Below, piece by piece: positions 44,662 through 53,600 of a DNA stretch of 64,000 bases. This stretch comes from Thermodesulfobacteriota bacterium (GTDB taxonomy: Bacteria; Desulfobacterota_D; UBA1144; Nemesobacterales; Nemesobacteraceae). The position numbers were made by a program, and so were the translations under genes. The stretch lies in contig OZ241964.1 of NCBI GenBank assembly GCA_965204035.1, positions 1,438,726 through 1,502,725 of the forward strand, in the 5' to 3' direction. Position 1 is the first letter of the stretch. Each line of letters opens with the position of its first letter. The notes beneath the pieces were generated by a model, which was not told the DNA's origin, did not search any database, and saw only the letters and a program-made list of their open reading frames with translations.

Positions 44662-45935
44662 CAGGCAGCCTGTTTCCTTATCTCCTTTATTATTTCCGCT
44701 TCGCATTTTTCGTAGAATTCCGGATCGAAATTGGCATCCCCCAGATGATCGAGCACATAGTCAAGAGATCTCTTCTCCGCCACCCAGCTCTCGCAAACCC
44801 TGTGGCTGTAGCGAAGGCCCATAACGTTTATGCCGCAGACGGCCCCGTCCTTCGTAACGATTCTTATCGAACGGCCGTGATCGGGATGCTCCCAGTACAA
44901 ATTGTCCTCCCCCTGGGCGGGAACGTTTCTCACGGTACCGTAAGTCTGGTACTCAAGATCGAAGAATTTGGCCGAGTTATACCATATCCCGGGGTCATAC
45001 ACGCTCTTTAGGCCGGCTATCACCTCTCCCGCCGCTTTTCCCTGGTTCTTGCCCGTGTACCAGACCTGCTGAATAAGGTTCCTGCCCTCCCCCTCGGTGA
45101 TTATCTCGGCGCAGTCCCCGGCGGCAAACACGTCCGGGGTATCTGTCCTGAAGCTCCAGTCAACCAGAATCCCTCTCCCCGTATTTATCCCGCTTGCCTT
45201 GGCGAGGGCGATGTTGGGACTTACCCCCGCGGTGAGACCGACGATCTGGCATTCGATGAATTCGTCCTTGTTGGTTACAACTCCCCGCACTCTTCCCGAG
45301 TCGTTCCCTACTATTTCCTTAAGTTCCGTGGTGAGCCTGAGGTCGATTCCCTGCTCCAGAATCACGCGGTTTATCATCCGCGATTCCTCGATCGGAAGGA
45401 CGTTAGTCCAGTAGGACTCTTCTCTCACCAGGAAGGTGACGTGGATATTGCGAGAATGGAGCATCTCCGCGAGTTCGATCCCGATCAGGCCCCCTCCGAC
45501 GATAACGGCACTTCGAGCTCCCTTTACGTTCTCGTAAAGAAGCCTGAGATCCATAAGGCTGTAGAGCCCCTGTACTCCCCCAAGATCCTGGCCGGGCCAC
45601 CCGAACTTGTTTGACCTGGACCCCGTGGCGATAAGCAGCTTATCGAACGAAACGGGATCTTTTTCGTGCATGATGAGCTTTTTCCCGCCGGCATCGATTT
45701 CGGTAACCCAGCCCCGCAGGAGATCAATGCGGTTTTTTCTCCAGAGACTGTCCTCGTAGGGCTTGGTGTCCTTGTAGCTCATGTGGCCCATGAATATGTA
45801 CATGAGCGCCGGGCGGGAATAGTGAAAAGAGGACTCCCCCGAGATCATGACGATCTCCCAGTCGGGCTGGAGCCTCCGTATGCTCAGGGCGGCCGCAACA
45901 CCCGTTACTCCATTTCCGATGATAGCCACGCGCAT
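44661..45935 (-). CDS. FAD/NAD(P)-dependent pyridine nucleotide-disulfide-type oxidoreductase
   Basis: VAIIGNGVTG and VIVGGGLIGIE dinucleotide folds, AAGDCA block. Confidence 0.8.
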   Translation of the reverse strand: MRVAIIGNGVTGVAAALSIRRLQPDWEIVMISGESSFHYSRPALMYIFMGHMSYKDTKPYEDSLWRKNRIDLLRGWVTEIDAGGKKLIMHEKDPVSFDKLLIATGSRSNKFGWPGQDLGGVQGLYSLMDLRLLYENVKGARSAVIVGGGLIGIELAEMLHSRNIHVTFLVREESYWTNVLPIEESRMINRVILEQGIDLRLTTELKEIVGNDSGRVRGVVTNKDEFIECQIVGLTAGVSPNIALAKASGINTGRGILVDWSFRTDTPDVFAAGDCAEIITEGEGRNLIQQVWYTGKNQGKAAGEVIAGLKSVYDPGIWYNSAKFFDLEYQTYGTVRNVPAQGEDNLYWEHPDHGRSIRIVTKDGAVCGINVMGLRYSHRVCESWVAEKRSLDYVLDHLGDANFDPEFYEKCEAEIIKEIRKQAA

Positions 45936-45990
45936 GGCTTGTTCTCTCTCCTACCAAAAACCGAGTTAAACTCTACGCACAGGGCAGATG

Positions 45991-47325
45991 CTATTTCTCG
46001 AACCGCTCTCTCTGGTCCGGATTGTTCTCGAGAAAAGCTTGCAGATGCCTGTCCGAATAGGAACCCTTCGGGTAATACTGGTCATAGAAGTCCACGTCTA
46101 TGTGCATCGCCTGAAAAACTAATCTCATGTACATGGGATCGATAAACGCGGGAAATCTGCCGTAAGTGTCATAAATGTAGTTCGCAACATCCCTTACAAT
46201 CTGCATGGTAGTCTCCGTCGGTCTTGGGGCCTTCATGAGATGCCTGTCAGGCTCTGTGTACGGAAAAGGCTTGTCGGATTCCCACGCTTTCCACTTGTGG
46301 GCCAAGAAGTGATCGATCGCATCATCCATATTCTCATAGTAGGGCGGACAGTAGGCTTCAAAGACCCCGTCCTTTCCTACGGGAACGGTGGTGGGAGGAT
46401 CGATCGTACCTTTCTTCGGCTGGACGAAACGGAATCCGAGCCCTTTGAACAGGTTCGGGGCAGCTCCCATGGCGAATCTCGGTATGAAGCCCGTAAACGC
46501 CCATCCGGCAAGTCCCAGAGGCTGGAGAGCAAGGGCCATGTTCTGCGTAATAAACGCCTGCTCAACGTTAAGTCCCGTTAGGATTCTTACCTCAAGGTCA
46601 AACAGAGAAAGTTTGATTTCACCCTTGAGTCTGCCACTCTCCACCCACTTCTCAACGCCCGCGGGCTTCCCGGTAAGATCGTCGATAATCGTGAATCCGT
46701 AGCTGTGAGCACAGTAAAGGGTAAGAAGATTCAGATATTCCTCGGTAACGTCGGTGACCGGAACAAAAAGCGTGGAGCCGGGCTTGTTTGCATTCCACTG
46801 GTTAAACTCGAAAAGCCCCGGCATCTTGTCGGGCATGTCCGCCCTTCCGTCCTCAAGCTTGTTAAGGCTTTCCCTGTAAAGTTCCAGGACTCTCGCGACT
46901 TTCTCCTCGCGGGAGAGCTTGAAAAACAGATCGATCTCATGCTCCTTGGGAAGCATGTTCTTCACGTCCACGTGGTAGAGGCCGTTGTCGTTTGTGAAAA
47001 AAAGCTCGGTCCCGTGGTTGTTGCACGCAGAAGGCCAGGTTCTTCCCGTCCACTGGCAGAGAAGGTCTATCCCGTTCTCAGGCGGCAGGTCGGCCAGGCA
47101 AAGCCCGGTGAGCCCCGTTCCGGCCCACACCAGGAGTGCTTCCTCCACCTCGGTAAGGGGCACGGGATCGTATTTCGACTTGAACTCAAGGGTGCTGTCC
47201 TTAAGCTCCATTCCAAGGCCGAATCTCCTTGAGCGCCTGTTGAATATGGAATCGAAAAGCGGGTACTTAAGCGCTTCCTCAATTCTCTCGTTCAGAACCG
47301 TTTTGTCGAGTTTGCCGTTTTTCAT
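45991..47325 (-). CDS. Conserved hypothetical protein (about 444 aa), weak nitroreductase-like N-terminal motif
   Basis: FNRRSRRFG resembles the RRSxRxF opening of nitroreductase-fold proteins; nothing else recognised. AAGGAG RBS before ATG 47325. Confidence 0.45.
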   Translation of the reverse strand: MKNGKLDKTVLNERIEEALKYPLFDSIFNRRSRRFGLGMELKDSTLEFKSKYDPVPLTEVEEALLVWAGTGLTGLCLADLPPENGIDLLCQWTGRTWPSACNNHGTELFFTNDNGLYHVDVKNMLPKEHEIDLFFKLSREEKVARVLELYRESLNKLEDGRADMPDKMPGLFEFNQWNANKPGSTLFVPVTDVTEEYLNLLTLYCAHSYGFTIIDDLTGKPAGVEKWVESGRLKGEIKLSLFDLEVRILTGLNVEQAFITQNMALALQPLGLAGWAFTGFIPRFAMGAAPNLFKGLGFRFVQPKKGTIDPPTTVPVGKDGVFEAYCPPYYENMDDAIDHFLAHKWKAWESDKPFPYTEPDRHLMKAPRPTETTMQIVRDVANYIYDTYGRFPAFIDPMYMRLVFQAMHIDVDFYDQYYPKGSYSDRHLQAFLENNPDQRERFEK

Positions 47326-47376
47326 CGTTTGAATCTCCTTGAGTCTGGCTGAATAGTAAAGAGAGTATACCAAAAA

Positions 47377-47766
47377 TCAGGCGGTTTTTCCCCTCTTGAA
47401 ATCCCTTGCCCATGATTTGAGGGTTTCAAGGGCGAGGCGACTGCACTTCGGGCGGGTTACCATGATGTCCTTGCCGAGAAGTTCCCTGAGGTAGTCGGAA
47501 TCAAGCTCTCCGAGCTGCTCCACGGTCTTTCCCTTTAAAAATTCCGTAAGAAGGGAAGCCGCGGCCTGGCTTATCGTGCAACCCTCCCCGTCAAAACTTA
47601 TATCTTCTATAACTCCCCCATCGCCTGTGCGAATATAGATATTCAGCGTGTCTCCGCAATTCGGGTTACCGCCCCTGAGCGTCACCGTGGGGTTCTCAAG
47701 CGGGCCGAAGTTTCTCGGATTCTCGTAATGATCCATGATCATTTTCATTCTTTCTTCTTCAATCAC
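47377..47766 (-). CDS. sufU: SufU/IscU-like Fe-S scaffold or sulfur acceptor
   Basis: GNPNCGD, GEGCTISQAAAS and RPKC Cys ligand blocks. Confidence 0.8.
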   Translation of the reverse strand: MIEEERMKMIMDHYENPRNFGPLENPTVTLRGGNPNCGDTLNIYIRTGDGGVIEDISFDGEGCTISQAAASLLTEFLKGKTVEQLGELDSDYLRELLGKDIMVTRPKCSRLALETLKSWARDFKRGKTA

Positions 47767-48188
47767 ATGACCGCTCCGTGTCTTTTTACCTCGCTTTTTA
47801 TCCTCGCGTAAACCGCGCTTAGACCCCTTACCCTTCTTATACCAAGTTTTTGGGCCAGTCCGAGCTGGGAGATAAAGTCCACCGGCGCGGATTCGATCTC
47901 CTCAGGACTCAGGCCGTCAAAGGCGCTCACGAGAATCGACACAAGCCCCCTTACCGTCGGAAACGGTTCCGGGACATCGGCGAATATGCGCACCTTGCCG
48001 CCTTCCATCTCGACCCAGATAAAGACCGGAGTTTCGCACTCGTGTACTTGGTGGAGGTCTCTGTCCACCCGCTCGGCGAACCTGCTTGGAATCTCGGGAA
48101 GGTCTTCCGAATAATCTATCAGGAGCTCTATCATCCCCTGACGGTCCGCCTCCTGGAATTCCCTGACTATTTCCTCTACGCTGGCCAT
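47763..48188 (-). CDS. sufE: SufE-family sulfur acceptor
   Basis: Length and the HECETPVF active-site Cys block, plus C-terminal RVRGLSAV motif. Confidence 0.75.
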   Translation of the reverse strand: MASVEEIVREFQEADRQGMIELLIDYSEDLPEIPSRFAERVDRDLHQVHECETPVFIWVEMEGGKVRIFADVPEPFPTVRGLVSILVSAFDGLSPEEIESAPVDFISQLGLAQKLGIRRVRGLSAVYARIKSEVKRHGAVM

Positions 48189-48202
48189 CTTCCCGCAGTT
48201 TC

Positions 48203-48247
48203 AAAAAAAAAAAAAGGATGCGAACCCGCAAGACCGCATCCTTTTTT
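48203..48247. terminator. Bidirectional rho-independent terminator
   Basis: A13, GGATGCG, 12-nt loop, CGCATCC, T6. On the minus strand this gives a hairpin followed by T13, directly after the rhodanese gene. Confidence 0.8.
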
Positions 48248-48272
48248 ATTTCCTCAAAAAATTCTTCTCCTC

Positions 48273-49115
48273 TTATCTCTCTATCGGAGCCCTTACAAGG
48301 TTTCCCCACTCGGTCCACGAACCGTCGTAATTCCTTACGTTTTCAAATCCGAGAAGATAGGTCAGGACAAACCAGGTGTGAGAAGAGCGCTCCCCTATCC
48401 TGCAGTAGGCAATCACGTCCTGATCCTTGCTTAGCCCCTGCCCCTTTTCGTATATCTCCACAAGTTCATCGGCCGAGCGGAAAGTTCCGTCCTCATTCGC
48501 GGCCGTAGCCCAGGGAACGTTTGCCGCACCCGGAATATGTCCTCCGCGAAGCGCGCCTTCCTGGGGGTAAGCCTCCATGTGAAGCAGCTCTCCCGAATAT
48601 TCTTTGGGGGAACGGACATCGACAAGCGGCCTGCCCGAGCTGATGTGTTCAACGACATCACCGCGAAAAGCCCTTATCGACTCATCAACCACCGATACCT
48701 TGTAATCGGTTTTCGGCCTTTCGGGAACCTCTTTTACAAGATCTCTTCCCTCGTCAACCCATTTCTGCCTGCCTCCATCCATTATGAGGCATTTTTCATG
48801 TCCGAGCACCTTGAAGGTCCAGAACGCGTAGCAGGCCCACCAGTTGCTCCTGTCCCCGTAGAAAACCACCGCGTGGTCGTTTGAAATACCCCTTTGCGAA
48901 AGCAGTGCCTCGAAATTCTCCCTGCTCACGTAGTCCCTTATAAGCTGATCCTGAAGCTCGGTCTGCCAGTCGAATTTTACCGAATTTCTTATGTGTCCTA
49001 TTTCATAAAGCAGTATGTCCTCATCCGATTCTACTATAACAATATCGGGATCGTCGATATGCTCCTGTACCCAGTCCGTGCTCACCAGAACGTCAGGGTT
49101 TGCGTAATCCGCCAT
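48273..49115 (-). CDS. Tandem-rhodanese thiosulfate/3-mercaptopyruvate sulfurtransferase
   Basis: Two rhodanese domains. Active-site loop [10 protein letters not shown]-terminal YDGSWTEWG. Confidence 0.85.
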   Translation of the reverse strand: MADYANPDVLVSTDWVQEHIDDPDIVIVESDEDILLYEIGHIRNSVKFDWQTELQDQLIRDYVSRENFEALLSQRGISNDHAVVFYGDRSNWWACYAFWTFKVLGHEKCLIMDGGRQKWVDEGRDLVKEVPERPKTDYKVSVVDESIRAFRGDVVEHISSGRPLVDVRSPKEYSGELLHMEAYPQEGALRGGHIPGAANVPWATAANEDGTFRSADELVEIYEKGQGLSKDQDVIAYCRIGERSSHTWFVLTYLLGFENVRNYDGSWTEWGNLVRAPIER

Positions 49116-49296
49116 TTCTGAAACCTCCGTTTGACCGCATAGCTTTGCGACCTTCTACAATATTCTGGTAAGTATAAATACACGGGACCGGGTTTTCAAG
49201 AAAACCCGCAAGGGCTGCCGACCCTGCGGGAAACTTGATTTTCAGGGAGGGTTGCGTGATAATTTCTTCGTACGCGCAGTCTCAGGAAACCTTAAA

Positions 49297-49506
49297 ATGG
49301 CGGAAGCAGAAGAGCAGAAAACAGAAGAAATGGCGGAGCAGGAAACCGAGGCGCCGGATGAGAACGAATCGCCCCCAATAATCTGGTCCCAGAAGAGGGT
49401 TCCGAACATAGAAAAGGGATATAACCCAAGCGTGCCTTTTTACATGATGGGAATCTTCATCGCGCTCATAATCCTGAGCGTGATTTTCGCCAAGATCACG
49501 TCCTGA
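49297..49506 (+). CDS. Small acidic protein with a C-terminal TM helix (69 aa)
   Basis: MAEAEEQKTEEMAEQE... then FYMMGIFIALIILSVIFA. No family recognised. Confidence 0.4.
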   Translation: MAEAEEQKTEEMAEQETEAPDENESPPIIWSQKRVPNIEKGYNPSVPFYMMGIFIALIILSVIFAKITS

Positions 49507-49618
49507 GAAATCCTTCAGCAAGTAAGTTCATATTCCTAACCAATAGAAAAGAAATCCTTAGATTTGAGTTGCTTAGTTAATTTGTTGGGACAAACTTCGG
49601 AAAACTGAAATATATAGC

Positions 49619-50455
49619 ATGAGTTCAACAAACATAAACCAGATTAATAGACTTATGAAGGAGATTGCGGACCTTCGTAAATCGGAAGCTAGAGAATCCC
49701 GCAAGGAAGGTGACCTTTACCAGAAAATTAATCGTGCCACAAAAACGGTTAACAATACGAAAAACATTTCAACATTTCAGAGCAAGTTGAGAGAAATCGA
49801 GCGCGCAAATAAAGACCTTGCTACAGTACATAAGAAACGTGCGGACATAGCAAGTAAAATCGCCGACAAGTCTAAGAATCTGCACAGGTATCAGGAGAAC
49901 CAAAAACGTGATGAGGATCGGGCGCGGAAAAAAATCGCAGAAGAACAAAAGCGACTAATCAGAGAACAGAAGGCACACCAACGACGGATTCAAACCAAAA
50001 TTCTTGACCAAGCAAACCGGATGTATAACACAATTGATAGTCCCGAGATATCTTATGATTTCTTTATCTCACATGCAAGCGAAGATAAAGAGGAATTCGT
50101 TCGCGAGTTGGCTCAAGCATTGGAAGCGAAAGGCGCAAAAGTTTGGTACGACGAATTTATGCTAAAAGTCGGAGATAGTCTGCGTCGCAGTATTGACCAA
50201 GGATTGAAAAGTTCTCGTTTTGGTATTGTGGTGTTGTCAGAACACTTCTTCAAAAAAGAATGGCCCAACAAAGAATTGGACGGGCTGTTTCAGCTTGAAG
50301 CTAAAGGGGAAAAACGTATTTTGCCGATCTGGCATAAAGTTTCAAAGGATGAAATTATCAATTACAGCCCACTTATTGCTGACAAAGTTGCACTAAATTC
50401 ATTGATGAGTAGCATTGAAGAGATTGCAGAAAAACTATGTGCTCTTCTCAAATGA
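49619..50455 (+). CDS. Coiled-coil + TIR domain protein of the BtpA/TcpB/PdTLP type
   Basis: C-terminal YDFFISHASEDKEEFV...VWYDEFMLKVGDSLRRSIDQGLKSSRFGIVVLSEHFFKKEWPNKELDGL...ILPIWHKVS closely resembles my recollection of the Brucella BtpA/TcpB TIR domain. The N-terminal 140 aa are Lys/Arg/Glu-rich coiled coil. Confidence 0.85.
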   Translation: MSSTNINQINRLMKEIADLRKSEARESRKEGDLYQKINRATKTVNNTKNISTFQSKLREIERANKDLATVHKKRADIASKIADKSKNLHRYQENQKRDEDRARKKIAEEQKRLIREQKAHQRRIQTKILDQANRMYNTIDSPEISYDFFISHASEDKEEFVRELAQALEAKGAKVWYDEFMLKVGDSLRRSIDQGLKSSRFGIVVLSEHFFKKEWPNKELDGLFQLEAKGEKRILPIWHKVSKDEIINYSPLIADKVALNSLMSSIEEIAEKLCALLK

Positions 50456-50552
50456 ATTTTGAGAAAATAAGATTAAGATTAGAGTCTACGGGGAAACATA
50501 ATTCCTGAGGATGTGTATTCCTCGAAACGAAAAACTCCTCTCATTGGAAGCC

Positions 50553-51047
50553 ATGGACGCAAAAAACCGCGCCCCATCCGTCGCAAAGAACCAGAGCGCC
50601 CTGAAAATAGTCTGGTCTGCCCTGCTGCTTGCCATGTTCGCCTATACCGCGGTGGTTTTCGTTTTCAAATCGCCCGAGGCGCCAGACGTCAGAGAAAACG
50701 TAAAGGCAGCTTTTCTTCTGGGAGGAGCGGTGCTCGGAGTAATTTCCCTTCTTATATACAGGTTTACGCTTTCTGAGAAATCGCTTCGCAAGAAATTTCT
50801 CTCAACCCAAGGCCAGGAGCCGGCAAAAAGGCTTGAGGAACTCTCAAACCGTCTACTGCTCCCGCACGTGGTTCCCTGGGGAATAAACGAGACCGTCGTG
50901 CTGCTTGGATTCGTGCTCGCGTTTCTGAGCAAAAATCCCCAGGATATGATTCCTTTCTCGGTAATAGGAATCATCCTGCATATCTACATGTATCCCAGGG
51001 TGGAGCAGCTTGTCGAGAGGACAAAAGATTCGGTTCAGGACGCGTGA
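50553..51047 (+). CDS. Hypothetical membrane protein (about 4 TM helices)
   Basis: Hydrophobic segments only. Confidence 0.45.
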   Translation: MDAKNRAPSVAKNQSALKIVWSALLLAMFAYTAVVFVFKSPEAPDVRENVKAAFLLGGAVLGVISLLIYRFTLSEKSLRKKFLSTQGQEPAKRLEELSNRLLLPHVVPWGINETVVLLGFVLAFLSKNPQDMIPFSVIGIILHIYMYPRVEQLVERTKDSVQDA

Positions 51048-51665
51048 TCACTCAAAAAAGCGCCTTATCTCCATCTGGGTCTCCTCGATGGAACCGGAAG
51101 CTTCTATTACCTTGATCCTCGGGATCTCTTTTTCAATCAGCTGTCTGTAACCCTCATCCACCCGGCTATGGAACTCAAACGGTTCCTCGTCCATCCTGTT
51201 TCTCTCTTTGCCGCGGTCCTTGAGCCTCAAAAGCGCCTGCTCAACCGGTATCGAAAGAAAGAACGTGATGTCGGGTTCAACCCCGAGGCTTGATGCCGCG
51301 GCCATGCGGAAAACCAGGTCGGGATCGAGCATCCTTCCCGAGCCCTGGTAAGCAAGGGTCGAATCGTAGTACCTGTCGCAGATGACCGTGCAGCCGTCTT
51401 TGAGCTTCGGCAGTATAAGCTCCCTTACGTGCTGAGCCCTGTCCGCGCAGAAGAGACAGAGCTCGGCGTAGGGCTCGATATCGATGTCCCTTCGGTCGAG
51501 AATCTCGCTTCTGACCGCTTGGCCGAGCTTGCCCTCGCCCGGTTCCTTGGTGAAAAACACCTTGGTTCCCTTACTGGAGAGGTAATCGGCAAGAAGCCTC
51601 GCCTGGGTTGACTTGCCGCTTCCGTCTATTCCCTCAAACGTGATAAATCTGCTCACGCACACCAT
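51048..51665 (-). CDS. tmk: Thymidylate kinase
   Basis: FITFEGIDGSGKSTQ P-loop and DRY motif (CDRYYDST). Confidence 0.92.
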   Translation of the reverse strand: MVCVSRFITFEGIDGSGKSTQARLLADYLSSKGTKVFFTKEPGEGKLGQAVRSEILDRRDIDIEPYAELCLFCADRAQHVRELILPKLKDGCTVICDRYYDSTLAYQGSGRMLDPDLVFRMAAASSLGVEPDITFFLSIPVEQALLRLKDRGKERNRMDEEPFEFHSRVDEGYRQLIEKEIPRIKVIEASGSIEETQMEIRRFFE

Positions 51666-51803
51666 CCCGGCGTTTCGCCTTCATTGCGTAAAAAAAGCCC
51701 CGCCATTTCCCCGGTCTCTCGGCTCCCCGAAAACTCCGGCCGCTCCTCACTTGCCTTCGCAAGCATGCCGCATCTGACGCGGGAATCATATCGAGATGAT
51801 CTT

Positions 51804-52211
51804 CTATTGATCATCGTCCGCTTCTGGAGGGTCCGCAAGCATGCCCCGCACATGTTCCGTTAACGCTTCCAGGTCCTTTACGGCCTTACCGCGGTCAATC
51901 GGGCTGACGTTGGGGGCAGCTATGTAACGAAATTGAACAGCGTAGGGATTGTAATCAATCAAAACCTTAAAACGCACCGCATTCGTATCGCACCGTATTA
52001 ACATCTTCAGCAACCGTATCAAATCGTGAGTTGCGGGGTAATACTCACCCAGAAAAGCCAGCCAAGCCTTGAAGCTTTTCTCGGCCGCCTGCTGCGCGTG
52101 AAAACCGAAAATTTCATCGGTAAAGTCAGACTTGTCCCCCATTGCCCGCAGGGCTGAAAGATCCCTCTCGGCTGCATCCAGAAGTGCCGCAACCTGTTCA
52201 GGATCTCTCAT
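51804..52211 (-). CDS. HEPN-domain toxin-like protein
   Basis: HAQQAAEKSFKA and the surrounding helices are typical of HEPN partners of minimal nucleotidyltransferases. Start set at MRDPEQV, overlapping the MNT gene by 14 nt. Confidence 0.7.
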   Translation of the reverse strand: MRDPEQVAALLDAAERDLSALRAMGDKSDFTDEIFGFHAQQAAEKSFKAWLAFLGEYYPATHDLIRLLKMLIRCDTNAVRFKVLIDYNPYAVQFRYIAAPNVSPIDRGKAVKDLEALTEHVRGMLADPPEADDDQ

Positions 52212-52539
52212 AGAGAACCTTCCCCTCGCGAAGCGCACGAGCAAGAACATTGTTGATGGAGTTTCGCCAATATTCGACCTCGTCGCTGCTGTAAACCAAG
52301 ATATCCTTAGGGACGGCGAAATCCGCCAACGCCCAAGAAAGACGGACAATCTCGGCACGCCGGTCTCTGTTCTGATCGAACGGGTCGGATTCAACGACCA
52401 CCAGATCCACATCCGAGCCGGCCGACGCGTCGCCTCGCGCGTGCGAACCGAAAAGTATCACCTGTTCCGGGTCCGCTTCGTCGACTATAACCTTTACCAT
52501 CTGCTGGAGAAGCGCTTCCGTAACCTCAACCTGTTTCAT
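52198..52539 (-). CDS. Minimal nucleotidyltransferase (MNT) antitoxin-like protein
   Basis: LFGSHARGDA...SDVDLVVV is the NTase GS-X9-DxD signature. Confidence 0.8.
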   Translation of the reverse strand: MKQVEVTEALLQQMVKVIVDEADPEQVILFGSHARGDASAGSDVDLVVVESDPFDQNRDRRAEIVRLSWALADFAVPKDILVYSSDEVEYWRNSINNVLARALREGKVLYERS

Positions 52540-52840
52540 ACCGTCACCTCGCAGGCTAAAACAGCCCGTTTGTCATGTTCAGGAACATCCCAAAGGGAAT
52601 CAACAGAACAACCCTTTTCCCTGTAAAACGGCCTCCCTGATATTCCGCAGTTCCAATTGCTCCTTGCCACTACCTCCGCCGCCGCTTGGCAATACAGCGC
52701 GCGGAACATTTACCGGTAATTATGCTACATGAATCAAACTCTCAAGGGCAAGTTAGGAGTTCCGCTCCCTCGCCCTTGAAGGTGCCGGGGAATCTGACCC
52801 CGGGTTACGTTCAAGGCGTTTTTGAACCAAGCAAGCATGC

Positions 52841-53596
52841 TCATCGGTCATCGACCGTATTTTCATCCGTACCGCGGGACAGAAGCCCCGTCATCTTCCT
52901 AAGGCTCCTTAGTTCTCCTGGGCCAAGATCACGCCACTTTCCCCTCTCGAGTTCACCGAGACGCACGTTTCCGCACGAAATTCTCTTAAGCTTCGTAACC
53001 CTAAGGCCGAAGGCTTCGAAGTACTTTTTCACGAGATGCTTTCTCCCCTCGTGAAATGAAATGCTTGCCCGCGCGCGCGCTGCGGACACCTGAAGAACGC
53101 TCACTGAATCCGGTTTCGTAAACCGTTCCTCAATTTCCGTTCCTTCACCAAGTACCGTTTCGAGATCACCTGGCACCTCTCCCGAAATCTCGGCCAGATA
53201 AGTCTTTACCACCTTGTACCTGGGGTGATGTATCCTGTTCGCGAGCTCCCCGTCGTTTGTGAGAATCAGGAGTCCCTCAGAGTCGTAATCAAGCCTGCCG
53301 ACCGGATAAACCCTCTGCTCTATGCCTCCCAGAAAGGACGTTATCGTTTTCTTCCCGCCTTCCATGGACTTAAGGGAAGTGAGGTAAAAAGGGGGCTTGT
53401 TAAGCATCACGTATCTTTTCCTCTCCTTATGAACGGGTTTTCCGTCAAGCGCCACCTTGTCGGAAGTCTCGTCCACAACGGAACCGAGAGTACGGACAAT
53501 CTCCCCGTTTACGGTTATCCGTCCCGCCTTTATAAGGTTATCCGCTTTTCTTCTTGATGTTATTCCGCACTCGGAAAGAAATCTGTTAAGCCTCAT
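52841..53596 (-). CDS. RsuA/RluB-family pseudouridine synthase
   Basis: S4 domain (MRLNRFLSECGITSRRKADNLI) and catalytic PVGRLDYDSEGLLILTNDG. Confidence 0.88.
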   Translation of the reverse strand: MRLNRFLSECGITSRRKADNLIKAGRITVNGEIVRTLGSVVDETSDKVALDGKPVHKERKRYVMLNKPPFYLTSLKSMEGGKKTITSFLGGIEQRVYPVGRLDYDSEGLLILTNDGELANRIHHPRYKVVKTYLAEISGEVPGDLETVLGEGTEIEERFTKPDSVSVLQVSAARARASISFHEGRKHLVKKYFEAFGLRVTKLKRISCGNVRLGELERGKWRDLGPGELRSLRKMTGLLSRGTDENTVDDR

Positions 53597-53600
53597 ATGA

